From: Promethearchaeota archaeon
Lineage (GTDB): Archaea > Asgardarchaeota > Hermodarchaeia > Hermodarchaeales > Hermodarchaeaceae
Reading direction: 5' to 3'
Length of the DNA: 64,000 nucleotides
Assembly (NCBI GenBank): GCA_048938385.1
Contig: JBHLMG010000010.1
Span: forward strand, 28,774-92,773
Shown here: positions 21,096-29,692 of the stretch, one piece after another
Layout of the letters: the number at the start of each line of letters is the position of its first letter
Numbering within the stretch: position 1 is the first letter of the stretch
Notes under the pieces: model-generated
The model's database searches: none
What the model saw: only the letters and a program-made list of their open reading frames with translations
Told to the model about the DNA's origin: nothing
Translations under genes and position numbers: made by a program

Positions 21096-21632
21096 CTACT
21101 CCTGTTTTAGTTCAGAAACTAAAATCATTTCTGCGAGTTTATCGAAAACTTCGCTTACTTTGAAATCGGTCTTTGCACTGGTTTCAAAATAGGGAATGTT
21201 CTTTTCCTTCGAATAATTCTGTGCTTCCTCAATAGAAATAGTACGAGTGTCATCTAAATCAATCTTGTTCCCCACTAGCACAACTGGCACATCAAGCCCC
21301 GAATAGCGACGAATTTGATCATACCATTTCTCAGCATTGACAAAGCTTTGCCGCATGGTGATATCGAAGACTAATAATGCCCCCTTGGCTCCACGGAAAT
21401 AAATCGGACGCACACCTGAGTAGCGCTCCTGACCTGCTGTATCCCAGGCCTGAATCTTTACAATCTGGTTGTTAATCGGAATAGATTTCACGATAAAATC
21501 GACACCAAGAGTGGAAATGTACCCATCTGTGAAGGTGCCGTAAGCAAATCGTTGGGTAAGGCTAGTTTTACCAACCTCAGCGTCACCAACTAGAACGATC
21601 TTAAAAAGATAATCGAACGCATCGTGCGGCAT
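21096..21632 (-). CDS. Rab-like small GTPase
   Basis: GDAEVGKT, STLGVDF, WDTAGQE, NKID, ETSAK; RabF-like motifs; no C-terminal Cys. Confidence 0.93.
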   Translation of the reverse strand: MPHDAFDYLFKIVLVGDAEVGKTSLTQRFAYGTFTDGYISTLGVDFIVKSIPINNQIVKIQAWDTAGQERYSGVRPIYFRGAKGALLVFDITMRQSFVNAEKWYDQIRRYSGLDVPVVLVGNKIDLDDTRTISIEEAQNYSKEKNIPYFETSAKTDFKVSEVFDKLAEMILVSELKQE

Positions 21633-21751
21633 GCCCAGAACCCATACAACAGTTATTATCTATGCTTAATGCTGCAGAGGTGTCACTTAATCTTTTGGAA
21701 TCTTGACAGTTTCATCAGGTTCCTTTGCAGAGTAATAAAAAGGAGAACACC

Positions 21752-22912
21752 TCATCGGGGAAAGTATTCAAAACCGCGGTAACCCTTCCGGCGTTGAAGT
21801 TTTTGCATATCGAAGAGTTTTTTGAGTTCGTTGGATGCAGTCCCCTTCGTAATGCCAACTTCCTCAGCAACGACAGCAGAGGTCACTCCATCCTTTTCCT
21901 TTGCTAAGGCGAGGATTTCACGTTGTGTCGCTGTTAATTCGTCGAATTCTTCAAACCAGTCTTCATCCTCCCCTTGGGGACTAGATTCGATAAATCGTGT
22001 CGGATCTTGTATACTTGGAATCAGAGTAGTAACTGGTGGAGGACTAGGTTGGAGTTTTACGACTTGATGTACAAAGTCTCGAGTGATTCGATCACCGGAG
22101 GGAGTATCTTCTTGAAATGCCTGTGTAATGATGTTTTCACAAAAACGAAGGACACTCCGAGGATAACCTCGAGTATGGAGATGCATTTCATCTAAAGCCT
22201 CTTCTGTAAAGGGTGTAAGCCCCTGTCCCCCATAGAATTCGATACGTTGTCGAATGAGTTGCTCCATCTCCTTGCGGGATAACACCTCCAACCCATTCTC
22301 GCCTTCGGTTTCCAAGAAGAACTGTAAGGTAACTCGCTCTGCAAGTGGAGGAAAGATGCTCGTTAAGGCCTTGGTAAATCCAGTTAATCCAGCAATATAC
22401 ACCACGACTGCAGGCATGTCGCTAAGTACACGGAGCCACCGAACAGTTTTTCGCTTCTCAACCTCGACCGGCTCTGTATCCTCTTTGGTCAAGGCTAGGC
22501 TCTGACCATCATCTATCAGTAAAATAATTCGTCGTTTACTCTGTTTATGGAACTGCCGCACCCTTTTTGCAAGATCATCGATGAGGGTAGGGACAGTATT
22601 AACCTTAAGCATCAGCTCTTCCCGCATGAGATTCATGAGCGTGTTGCTTAAGATTGTGGAATCTAGGGGTTCAGAAACTAAACAGGGAACTAGGGCTGGA
22701 GATTCTGCAAGGTAGTCATGGAACCACCGCAAGATGTGGGTTTTCCCTGTTCCGCGACCCCCTTCAATGAGAATTATGTTACCTGTGCGGAGTTGCACCA
22801 CTAAAGGATTTAGTAATCGTTTTTCAGCAGCAAAGACTTCTGGCATGACATCGATCCGAAAGGGGAAATCGGACCAACCAAGGCTTTTGAGACGTTCATC
22901 GAAAGCAAACAT
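21752..22912 (-). CDS. ExeA/AAA_22-like AAA+ ATPase with C-terminal winged helix
   Basis: Walker A GGRGTGKT, Walker B LLIDD, LAERV, TRGYPRSV; C-terminal ITKGTASNELKKL HTH. Confidence 0.8.
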   Translation of the reverse strand: MFAFDERLKSLGWSDFPFRIDVMPEVFAAEKRLLNPLVVQLRTGNIILIEGGRGTGKTHILRWFHDYLAESPALVPCLVSEPLDSTILSNTLMNLMREELMLKVNTVPTLIDDLAKRVRQFHKQSKRRIILLIDDGQSLALTKEDTEPVEVEKRKTVRWLRVLSDMPAVVVYIAGLTGFTKALTSIFPPLAERVTLQFFLETEGENGLEVLSRKEMEQLIRQRIEFYGGQGLTPFTEEALDEMHLHTRGYPRSVLRFCENIITQAFQEDTPSGDRITRDFVHQVVKLQPSPPPVTTLIPSIQDPTRFIESSPQGEDEDWFEEFDELTATQREILALAKEKDGVTSAVVAEEVGITKGTASNELKKLFDMQKLQRRKGYRGFEYFPR

Positions 22913-22990
22913 GTTTAGTCACCGGCGATGGTGTGATTCTTGGATGCATCTCCAATTGTGTGAAAGCCACTCCTCCCAGTCTACTTCAGT

Positions 22991-23272
22991 CTACGCATCG
23001 GTAGTAATTCCGTCACCCATACGACCCAGGAAATTGTTATAGGCGAATGGACAGACGACCTCGATACCAGCGCTGGGATCGAACTCTACCTGTTCTTTGC
23101 CAATTGAGCAGAAGAAGGCACAGTATCCACCATCTACGAGTCGACCGGTCCGCTGACACACAAAGGTTCGAGCGGTGGGGGTAATTAATTCCAGAACCGC
23201 GTTGGCGTCGAGTTGTGCAATTGCTTCTTCAAGTCGGAATTTTGGTTGAAGCGCTTTGATTTTGTCACTCAC
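22991..23272 (-). CDS. Small Cys-containing hypothetical protein
   Basis: 93 aa, four Cys (CQRTG..YCAFFC..VVCPF); GTG start after GAGGTGA; 4-bp overlap with the upstream ORF. Confidence 0.6.
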   Translation of the reverse strand: MSDKIKALQPKFRLEEAIAQLDANAVLELITPTARTFVCQRTGRLVDGGYCAFFCSIGKEQVEFDPSAGIEVVCPFAYNNFLGRMGDGITTDA

Positions 23273-23472
23273 GCATTCTTCACCTCGCGTTGCTGCTTCG
23301 CAAGCAGTTCATCTTCCCGTAGTTGTGCAATTGTTCGAGCAATCCGGACACGCAGCGTAGCCGTCACCAGTGGCATCGCTTCTTGGAGCTGCTCTGCGAT
23401 GCTAGGCGCTTGGAGACGACTGTTAGCATCCGGTCGAGCTCTCCCAGATGCTGTTGCTTCGTCGATTGCCAT
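23269..23472 (-). CDS. Small helical hypothetical protein
   Basis: 67 aa; GAGGG RBS and TTTATAT box upstream; coupled to the next ORF. Confidence 0.55.
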   Translation of the reverse strand: MAIDEATASGRARPDANSRLQAPSIAEQLQEAMPLVTATLRVRIARTIAQLREDELLAKQQREVKNA

Positions 23473-23801
23473 AGCTCATCGTCCCTCATTGAATCTCATT
23501 AACATTCATTCTTTTTCATTTTACTACATATAAAGCTTCGCTTTCCCCTCTTTGCAGGTTTCAAGCGCTAAGAAAAGCCCATCATAGGGGGCACACTGAA
23601 AAAAGTTGGACTTGAAATCAGGGCGTGTGAAATATAATTCCAAAATAAACGGTCGAGAAGGCGTTTTTTCTCAAAAAGAAAATTTAGTCGTTCATTTATG
23701 CTATCAAATGAAACGGAAAACCCCCAAAATTGTTCTAGTCTTTGGCGCGCATTCTCCCTATTCTGGAATCAAGAATAAGATCCAACAGGATAATGGCGCC
23801 G

Positions 23802-24884
23802 TTAGCGTTTTCGACGGCTGGACTCGGTAGTCGGCTGAGCCTTTTCCTCACCCTCCACCTCTGAGCTTTGCTCAGATTCCAATGTATGGGACAGTACGGA
23901 TTCTTGTGCAAGAAACGCAAGGAGCCGAAATCTTTCTGAATCGAAATGGAGGAGACTTCGTAATTGCTCTAGAGTGAAGTGTTGGGCACTACGGCGAAAA
24001 TCGATGAAGCTATTTAGTTGTGCTCGGAGCGTTTCTAGTTGGAGTTCAAGGAGTTTTGCTTGAAGACGGCCATCATCACTTTGAGTAAGGGCTTGTTTGG
24101 CTAGATCCATACTGGGTTGATGAAGGGGAGCAAGGTACACAGGAGGAGTCTTATTCAGGTTGAGAAATAGATACTGCTCTAGGTTATCTGGAGTAGTTAA
24201 GGTGCGGTAGACTTCTTCGGTAACCCCGAGTAGGGTTGGTCGTTTGTGGGGTTGGTTTTCACGACTTTCTAGAATTCCTTTTGCAGTTTCTAATTCCGAG
24301 ATTCCTGGCATGTTGGGAACCGTGAAGGGGAGGACTTGGTCAATAGCTTCACTCAGTTGTTCGAAGGTCTTGTAATCAACACCCGTTATGATAATTGCAT
24401 TACCTACAAGGATGTTTAGAAGCAAAACATCGAGGGCATCATTAAATTTTTCGAGAATATACTCAGTTTGACTGATTCGTTTGCGTGCTACTTGCGAACG
24501 TTCGTTGTGAGCTTTCAACGCTGAGAGAATAATTGGGATGAAGGCCTGAAAGGGTTTAACATCGCCACTCCATTTCTTTAGCTGAATTTCATATTGGTTA
24601 TAGAAGAGCACATTGAGGCTGTGAAGAACGGCTTGAACTTCGAGTTCATCAGCGTTGCCATCAGCAAGCCCAACTGTAATGAGTGGAGCTAGGACATCAT
24701 AGTGGAACCGATACTCGCCTGCACCGATGGTTCGTACCTCTTCGGCGATGGCTTCGTGTCCAAATTCTCGTATCGCAGTAAGAAGTCCGGTTAAGAGGGT
24801 TTGTTCGAGTTTGACAACTGGAGAGGTATGAGAAACTAGGGTTTCACCCGATGAGAGGAAGATGAAAACAGAATGTAGTGTCAT
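23802..24884 (-). CDS. Longin-domain protein with DENN/folliculin-like C-terminal part
   Basis: N-terminal longin pattern (VFIFLSSGETLV..LLTGLLTAIREF..F...Y...WSGDV..F..F); then LLNILVGNAIIITG..QVLPF. Confidence 0.6.
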   Translation of the reverse strand: MTLHSVFIFLSSGETLVSHTSPVVKLEQTLLTGLLTAIREFGHEAIAEEVRTIGAGEYRFHYDVLAPLITVGLADGNADELEVQAVLHSLNVLFYNQYEIQLKKWSGDVKPFQAFIPIILSALKAHNERSQVARKRISQTEYILEKFNDALDVLLLNILVGNAIIITGVDYKTFEQLSEAIDQVLPFTVPNMPGISELETAKGILESRENQPHKRPTLLGVTEEVYRTLTTPDNLEQYLFLNLNKTPPVYLAPLHQPSMDLAKQALTQSDDGRLQAKLLELQLETLRAQLNSFIDFRRSAQHFTLEQLRSLLHFDSERFRLLAFLAQESVLSHTLESEQSSEVEGEEKAQPTTESSRRKR

Positions 24885-25071
24885 GATCGAACGCCCTACA
24901 GCCGTAATCCTTTCAGGGGGTTTGTGCTGTTAGCGTTCGTCCTTTGGCAATTAAAGGTTTCCTCAGTAATATGAAAAATCCAGCTCTTTTGATAGAACAG
25001 TAAGCATAGTCTTAAATCCATTAAGGGTGAAAATTCTCCAAAGAGTCTTCAAAACTTTATGGTGTTAATTA

Positions 25072-26139
25072 ATGTCGATCGATAATCTTCGACCTCTCTT
25101 GAAAGAATTATCTGAAATAATTGGCATCTCAGGGCATGAATCAAATGTTCGTGAGTTCATCCAAGGAGAAATAGAGGACTTCGTGGATGACATTTGGGTA
25201 GACCCGTTGGGAAACCTTTTAGCTGTGCAGAAGGGCTTGAAGGACCATCCACGAATCCTGCTTGACGCTCATGTTGATGAAATCGGATTCATTGTACGAT
25301 ACATACACGAGAACGGATTTCTTCGGATAACACCCATTGGGGGGTGGGATCCACGAATTCTGCCCGGTCACCGGGTTATTATAAAGCCTCAAGGATCGAA
25401 AGCCTCACACAAAGTGTTTGGCGTACTTGGCGCATCACCACCACATCTGACCACGGCAAAACAGCGTGAAAAGGTGATCGCGATTGAAGACCTCTATGTA
25501 GATATTGGCGCATCCTCTCACCAGGCCGTGACCGACATGGGGATTCGAATAGGAACACCATTGACAGTATGGCAACCCTTCATCGAAATGCCAGACAAGA
25601 TCGTCTCAGGAAAAGCCTTCGATGATCGCGTTGGATGTTTAATAATCATTGAAGTGCTTCGACGCCTTAAGAAAAAAGGAAAAAATACACCCACGGTAGT
25701 CGTGAATTTTGCGGTGGGTGAAGAGGTTGGGGGTCGTGGAGCACGCACTGGCGCGTATACATTAGACCCTGATGTAGCGCTTGCTCTCGAGTGTACTTCA
25801 GCAGGAGATATGCCCGGAATTCCAAAGCATTTGTCTCCTACACAACTTGGTAAAGGCCCTGCTATTACCGTAGCTGACCGAACCCTGATTGTCCACCCCA
25901 AGGTACTCGCCACATTAGAAGATGTGGTGCAGAAAGAGAATATACCCTTTCAGTATAAACAACCCCTGGGTGGTGGAACGGATGGAGGACCGATTTCCCA
26001 AAGTCGAAAGGGGGTCCCTACAGGCGTAGTATCCGTGCCATGCCGGTACATTCATTCTGCCATCTCTCTGCTATGTTTAAGTGATATTGCATCCACTATT
26101 GATCTGGTGTATGGGTTCATTCAAACTTGGCAACCTTGA
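25072..26139 (+). CDS. M42 (TET) aminopeptidase
   Basis: SGHE, DAHVDEIG, GKAFDDRVG, EEVGGRGA, GGTDG, RYIHS. Confidence 0.93.
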   Translation: MSIDNLRPLLKELSEIIGISGHESNVREFIQGEIEDFVDDIWVDPLGNLLAVQKGLKDHPRILLDAHVDEIGFIVRYIHENGFLRITPIGGWDPRILPGHRVIIKPQGSKASHKVFGVLGASPPHLTTAKQREKVIAIEDLYVDIGASSHQAVTDMGIRIGTPLTVWQPFIEMPDKIVSGKAFDDRVGCLIIIEVLRRLKKKGKNTPTVVVNFAVGEEVGGRGARTGAYTLDPDVALALECTSAGDMPGIPKHLSPTQLGKGPAITVADRTLIVHPKVLATLEDVVQKENIPFQYKQPLGGGTDGGPISQSRKGVPTGVVSVPCRYIHSAISLLCLSDIASTIDLVYGFIQTWQP

Positions 26140-26152
26140 AGAGGTGATTCTT

Positions 26153-26566
26153 TTGGGAATTCCCACAGTTGATGAAGTCCTAGGCGTTGATAGGAATGTG
26201 TTTTTAGCAACGGCAGAAGGCGACCAACCTCGTGTCCGCCCCGTTACCATGGTCAAGAACGAGGGATCATTCTATGTTATTACGGGTTCAGAAAACGCAA
26301 AAACGCATCAGATCCGTAAGAACGCAAAGGTCGAAGTAGTCACTTTAGTAAAACATGAAGAACACACAGGATATGTGCGATTTGACGCAATTGCGAAAAT
26401 AATAACCGACTCGATTATCCGAGAACGCGTTGCAAAAGCTACATCCTTTTTTTCTGAGTACTTTGACTCCCCCAACGATCCTAAGTATGCCTTGATCCAT
26501 CTAATTCCTCAAAAAGGAGAATACCTCAAACCTGGACAGATGTACCCAGAGCCCTTTACTCTCTGA
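26153..26566 (+). CDS. Pyridoxamine 5'-phosphate oxidase-like (split-barrel flavin-binding) protein
   Basis: FLATAEGDQPRVRPV, K..QIRKNAKVEV; TTG start after GAGGTGA. Confidence 0.8.
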   Translation: MGIPTVDEVLGVDRNVFLATAEGDQPRVRPVTMVKNEGSFYVITGSENAKTHQIRKNAKVEVVTLVKHEEHTGYVRFDAIAKIITDSIIRERVAKATSFFSEYFDSPNDPKYALIHLIPQKGEYLKPGQMYPEPFTL

Positions 26567-26738
26567 TATCGTTTATGAGTTTGACATTCATTGGCGAGGA
26601 TTAAAGAGAGATATTTTCGTTAATTTAGGGCGTATAGGGAAGCTATTTCTAGGTGAGCGTTGTAGATTTGGTTAGTTGGGACTCTAAGAGGTTGACTGCA
26701 GAAAGTGTGGATCGGTGTGGATACGGTGATGTGAAGCG

Positions 26739-28898
26739 ATGGAACAGAATGACATCGACGGCGAGATCGCAGGTAGGACAGGGCAACCTACTCCTAAACT
26801 CGAAGGTTACAACATCAAAATCCAAGCGGAACAACTTCCACTATATAGCGGTTCTGTGGATTATTGGCGGATACCAACCTCTTATTGGACGAGCGTTCTT
26901 GACCGGATCAAGGGTATGGGGTTTCGTTTCATATCCCTGACAATACCATGGAACATCCATGAAGTAGCCAGCGATCTTTTTGATTTTGGCACTACAAACA
27001 AGCAACGAGACTTAGAAGGCTTCCTTGGATTATGTCAGGAGAGGAACCTTTTTGCAATAGTTCGTCCCGGACCTTGCGTCAATGCTGAGCTAGTTTATTA
27101 CGGCTTCCCAAAACGCATCCTTTACGATAAGGATATTCAAGCAGTGTCTGCTTTTGGAACCCGAGTGGTTGTTCCAGCAATTCCAACTCCATTTCCCATG
27201 CCTAGTTACGCTAGCGAAAAATTCTATGATGAAGTTAGCAAATACTTTGACGCCCTCTGCCCTATTCTTGCCCGAAACCTCTCACCAGGCGGACCCATTG
27301 TCGGAGTCCAGATCGATAATGATGTTCCCCTGCTATTTCGAAACGGTCCTTTCAGCGCAGACTATTCTTCCTCTGCCATCAGATGGTACCACGAATTCTT
27401 GGCTGGCAAATACCCCTCAATTACTGCCTTAAACCGAGCATATCGTACCAGGTATAATGCCTTTGAAGATATAGAACCCCCTCGCGCTCTCGCGACCACT
27501 GAACGTGAAGCCCTCCCACGGTATTTAGATTGGATGGAATTCAAAGAGTACTATGTAGGTCTGGCATTAAGCGTTCTTGCGAGCCTTCTTTGGTCTAGAG
27601 GCGTTCGAGGAATTTTTACATACCACAATAGTCGAAGCAACTTCCCAACACTTCCCTTGAATGTATCACGAACTGAACGAGAACTAGACATCCAAGGCGT
27701 GGGTTTATACCTTGACAAATCTCAATACGAAGAGATCCGACGCGGTGCCCTATACATGAGCACCGTGAGTCGTTTCCCCTTCCTTTCTGAAGTAGGGATA
27801 GGCACTTGGCCAGGAGGTCCAGTGATTCCCATCCAGGATTCCCAATTTGCTCTACTTGTTGCACTGATGAATGGTGTTCGTGGTTTTAATGCACATATGC
27901 TGGTTGAACGGAATAGATGGATTGGCGGACCCCTCAGTCCATCGGGTTCAACGCGAGATCAACCTTATGCGTTCTTACATCGATTGCTGACAATTCTAGA
28001 CACAATTGAGTTTCCCACTCTTCAACGGAACATACCTGTTCTCTTGCTTCGGAATTTTGAGTACGAACGCCTGTACGGATTGTGTCAAAATGGTAATTGG
28101 TTCACTGATCTTTTAGACATCCCTGCTGAATTACTCCTGGATAATCGCACATTCAGTTACACTGAAACAATTCAGAAAGCATACCCTGACCTCTGGAATG
28201 CGTTCTATTGGGGATTAACCCGTTCTAAAATCCCTTTTGCTATTGGCGATACCGAGATGGATCGACCAGCTCTAAGTCACTATCAAGCCATCTTTCTCCC
28301 TACATTTGATTTCATGTCAGGAGAACTGCAAGAGAAAATCGTAGAGTATATACAGCGCGGTGGCACAGCCATTATAGGCCCTGAACTTCCCTATCTAGGT
28401 GTGGATATGCGGGGATGCACTATCCTGTCAGATCAGACAGGCGTACAGGTTCCAAATACACGGCGACCCTTAGTTGGTTTCCATGATCCCTTCCAAATTA
28501 TCGAAGATCGAGTTCGGGTTGGGAACCAGACAGCAGGAAGAATCCAACCCCATGGGAATGGCTACATCATTTTCCTCGGTATTACACTGCCACCGACTAC
28601 AGACCGTGAGGGTGCAGTCGATGCTGAGTGCGTCATCACCCAATCAGTGAACCATCTAAAAATTCAAGCAGAAGGAGATATTCAAAATCCGTCGGTAGAT
28701 GAAATCTATTGGGGAACCCGAGCACCACGGGTGATTTTTCAAGCGAACACAACTAATCAACCACAATCGGTGAGAGTAAATATCGCTCAACGAGCTCAAC
28801 TCCGAAATCTCTGGACTGGCGAACAATTAACCCAGCGTGGTCCACAAGAGATTGCCCTTGATCCATATGAAACTCTACTCCTAGAGGTGATCCGATGA
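26739..28898 (+). CDS. GH35/GH42-like glycosidase (beta-galactosidase / exo-glucosaminidase family)
   Basis: YWRIP, IPWNIHE, RPGPCVNAE, I..LNRAY, SEVG; trimerisation-domain-like region. Confidence 0.8.
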   Translation: MEQNDIDGEIAGRTGQPTPKLEGYNIKIQAEQLPLYSGSVDYWRIPTSYWTSVLDRIKGMGFRFISLTIPWNIHEVASDLFDFGTTNKQRDLEGFLGLCQERNLFAIVRPGPCVNAELVYYGFPKRILYDKDIQAVSAFGTRVVVPAIPTPFPMPSYASEKFYDEVSKYFDALCPILARNLSPGGPIVGVQIDNDVPLLFRNGPFSADYSSSAIRWYHEFLAGKYPSITALNRAYRTRYNAFEDIEPPRALATTEREALPRYLDWMEFKEYYVGLALSVLASLLWSRGVRGIFTYHNSRSNFPTLPLNVSRTERELDIQGVGLYLDKSQYEEIRRGALYMSTVSRFPFLSEVGIGTWPGGPVIPIQDSQFALLVALMNGVRGFNAHMLVERNRWIGGPLSPSGSTRDQPYAFLHRLLTILDTIEFPTLQRNIPVLLLRNFEYERLYGLCQNGNWFTDLLDIPAELLLDNRTFSYTETIQKAYPDLWNAFYWGLTRSKIPFAIGDTEMDRPALSHYQAIFLPTFDFMSGELQEKIVEYIQRGGTAIIGPELPYLGVDMRGCTILSDQTGVQVPNTRRPLVGFHDPFQIIEDRVRVGNQTAGRIQPHGNGYIIFLGITLPPTTDREGAVDAECVITQSVNHLKIQAEGDIQNPSVDEIYWGTRAPRVIFQANTTNQPQSVRVNIAQRAQLRNLWTGEQLTQRGPQEIALDPYETLLLEVIR

Positions 28899-29692
28899 GA
28901 CGACTAGCTGAACAGTATGAGTTACTAGACATTGACCCCATGCAATGGGTGAATCTGCTTTCCTTACTCCCTGAGTTAACTGCGGAAAAAGGGATTCTCT
29001 ACTTATTATTCCACGGGTCAGAAATTATTCAAGCGTTCCATTCTTTGCAGGGTATTCGTCCTGATCTAACAGGTCCCTTTTCCACTCCATCGATTGTGAT
29101 TCAGCAGCTCCAACAACGAGAAGAGGTAGATGCCGTCATTCTACTTGAGCAGGGACTTGCTGTTTACCTGCTTGCCAAGATGCAGGGAGCTTTCGCACCA
29201 GAAATGGATATCATGCAGTTTTTTGAAGTCGCTCAGGAAAGTATTGAAGAGGAGAAGGGACGACGATTATTTGTTTGGCCTGATGAATTCTGGGATAAGG
29301 GAACTTTCGGATTCTTAGGGCGAATTCACAAGCTCATAGAAGCCTTACCACTTGATTTTGTCTTAGCGTTGGCAGTTTTTGAGGAAAACCGGATCTGGGC
29401 TAGTCTTATTATCCAGCGGTCTGAGGGACAAATCCGAAGAATCACCACCTCACAACACTTAGAATCGTTTAACCTGAACTTTGAAGACTGGCAGACGGAG
29501 TATATTATGTTCAATCAAGCAGTTACTCAACTATTTGGTCGCCCCAACCTGGGTATATTTACTGATGATGAAACGCTTCGATTTCTTATCAAAAGTGAAT
29601 CTCCGTTGGAGTTTTTACGTCAAGCTTATAAAAAAGGGCAAATCATCATTGATCCGATTCCCCCTTCAATTCGTAACAGGCTTCAGCGTTAA
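28895..29692 (+). CDS. Hypothetical protein, translationally coupled to the glycosidase
   Basis: 265-aa ORF, ATGA overlap, GAGGTGA RBS. Confidence 0.7.
   Translation: MRRLAEQYELLDIDPMQWVNLLSLLPELTAEKGILYLLFHGSEIIQAFHSLQGIRPDLTGPFSTPSIVIQQLQQREEVDAVILLEQGLAVYLLAKMQGAFAPEMDIMQFFEVAQESIEEEKGRRLFVWPDEFWDKGTFGFLGRIHKLIEALPLDFVLALAVFEENRIWASLIIQRSEGQIRRITTSQHLESFNLNFEDWQTEYIMFNQAVTQLFGRPNLGIFTDDETLRFLIKSESPLEFLRQAYKKGQIIIDPIPPSIRNRLQR

Noticed and set aside
21752-22912. Possible Cdc6/Orc1 with a replication origin nearby
   Set aside because: Motifs fit ExeA/AAA_22-like ATPases better, and I saw no ORB-like repeats in the flanking DNA
23606-23920. Short ORFs of 74 and 61 aa in or near the gap downstream of the DENN-like gene
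   Set aside because: No motif or RBS, AT-rich promoter-like composition, and overlap with the 3' end of the real gene
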